NCBI GenBank assembly: GCA_017936845.1
Contig: JAGBES010000018.1
Location: 92-64,091 of the forward strand
Reading direction: 5' to 3'
Source: Bacilli bacterium
GTDB taxonomy: Bacteria; Bacillota_I; Bacilli_A; RF39; UBA660
Length of the DNA stretch: 64,000 nucleotides
Below, piece after piece: positions 63,782 to 64,000 of the stretch. Below the pieces are notes generated by a model. It had not been told where the DNA came from, searched no databases, and saw only the letters and a program-made list of their open reading frames with translations. The translations under genes and the position numbers were made by a program. Position 1 is the stretch's first letter, and every line of letters begins with the position of its first letter.

Positions 63782-64000
63782 TTAATTTATTTTTATTTGA
63801 ATACCATCTATTTCTTTACCATATATTCCTGCATATTCATCATCTTTATTTATTCCATATTTTGTTACCCATGGTAACCACTTATTTTTAATATGTACTC
63901 TATATGTTAATGTTCCTTTTTCGCTAAATATTGTAACAGCATCTATATTTTTTCCTTTTATTCCTATGTATCCTTCGTCTGTCTCATCCCATTTTTTTAC
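63782..64000 (-). CDS. C-terminal 72 codons of a gene truncated by the window edge, possibly a cell-wall-associated repeat domain
   Basis: Open minus-strand frame from 64000 to the TAA at 63784..63782: ...TYRVHIKNKWLPWVTKYGINKDDEYAGIYGKEIDGIQIKIN. Confidence 0.45.
   Translation of the reverse strand, partial: VKKWDETDEGYIGIKGKNIDAVTIFSEKGTLTYRVHIKNKWLPWVTKYGINKDDEYAGIYGKEIDGIQIKIN

Noticed and set aside
1-64000. CRISPR arrays, tRNA genes and rRNA genes.
   Set aside because: I saw no regularly spaced direct repeats. I saw no GC-rich structured segments of tRNA or rRNA type anywhere in the window. This was a by-eye scan only; tRNAscan or Infernal would be definitive.

Overview
Very AT-rich chromosomal window from an endospore-forming Firmicute. 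The evidence is PolC, a SigK-like pro-sigma factor, CotE and a SigF-type sigma. It uses the standard code: TGA is a stop, and prfB carries the classical TGA +1 frameshift. Nearly all genes are on the minus strand.

Core content:
- recD2 and uvrA.
- A split dcw cluster: mraZ-rsmH-ftsL-pbp, then about 4.6 kb of inserted genes, then murG-murB-divIB-ftsA-ftsZ.
- polC, prfA-prmC, ftsEX, prfB, the sigma factors, rpsP and cotE.
- I found no rRNA, tRNA or CRISPR array.

Accessory content lies mostly between about 24 and 48 kb:
- An intact ISL3 element with an 8-bp target duplication.
- A thioredoxin/DsbD-like pair, an orphan hybrid histidine kinase and a MacB-type ABC system.
- A roughly 6.5 kb block flanked by two paralogous EEP-family genes.

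The most interesting feature is inside that block: a tightly overlapping six-gene operon at about 33.5-39.4 kb. It starts with a 56-aa peptide gene that is missing from the ORF track. This is followed by a radical SAM/SPASM enzyme with a duplicated N-terminal domain, a P-loop protein and a HelD-like SF1 helicase. The last two genes are a stand-alone C39-like peptidase and an orphan CbiH-like methyltransferase. I read it as a RiPP-like peptide-modification system with an unusual helicase/ATPase module.

Other notable signals:
- A G9 homopolymer puts a pilin-like gene out of frame with its start codon.
- A 29-aa hydrophobic peptide gene has a 5'/3' fold-back architecture resembling type I toxins.
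- A STAS-sigma gene pair lacks both the anti-sigma kinase gene and the phosphorylatable serine.

All functional calls come from motif recognition by eye. No searches were run.
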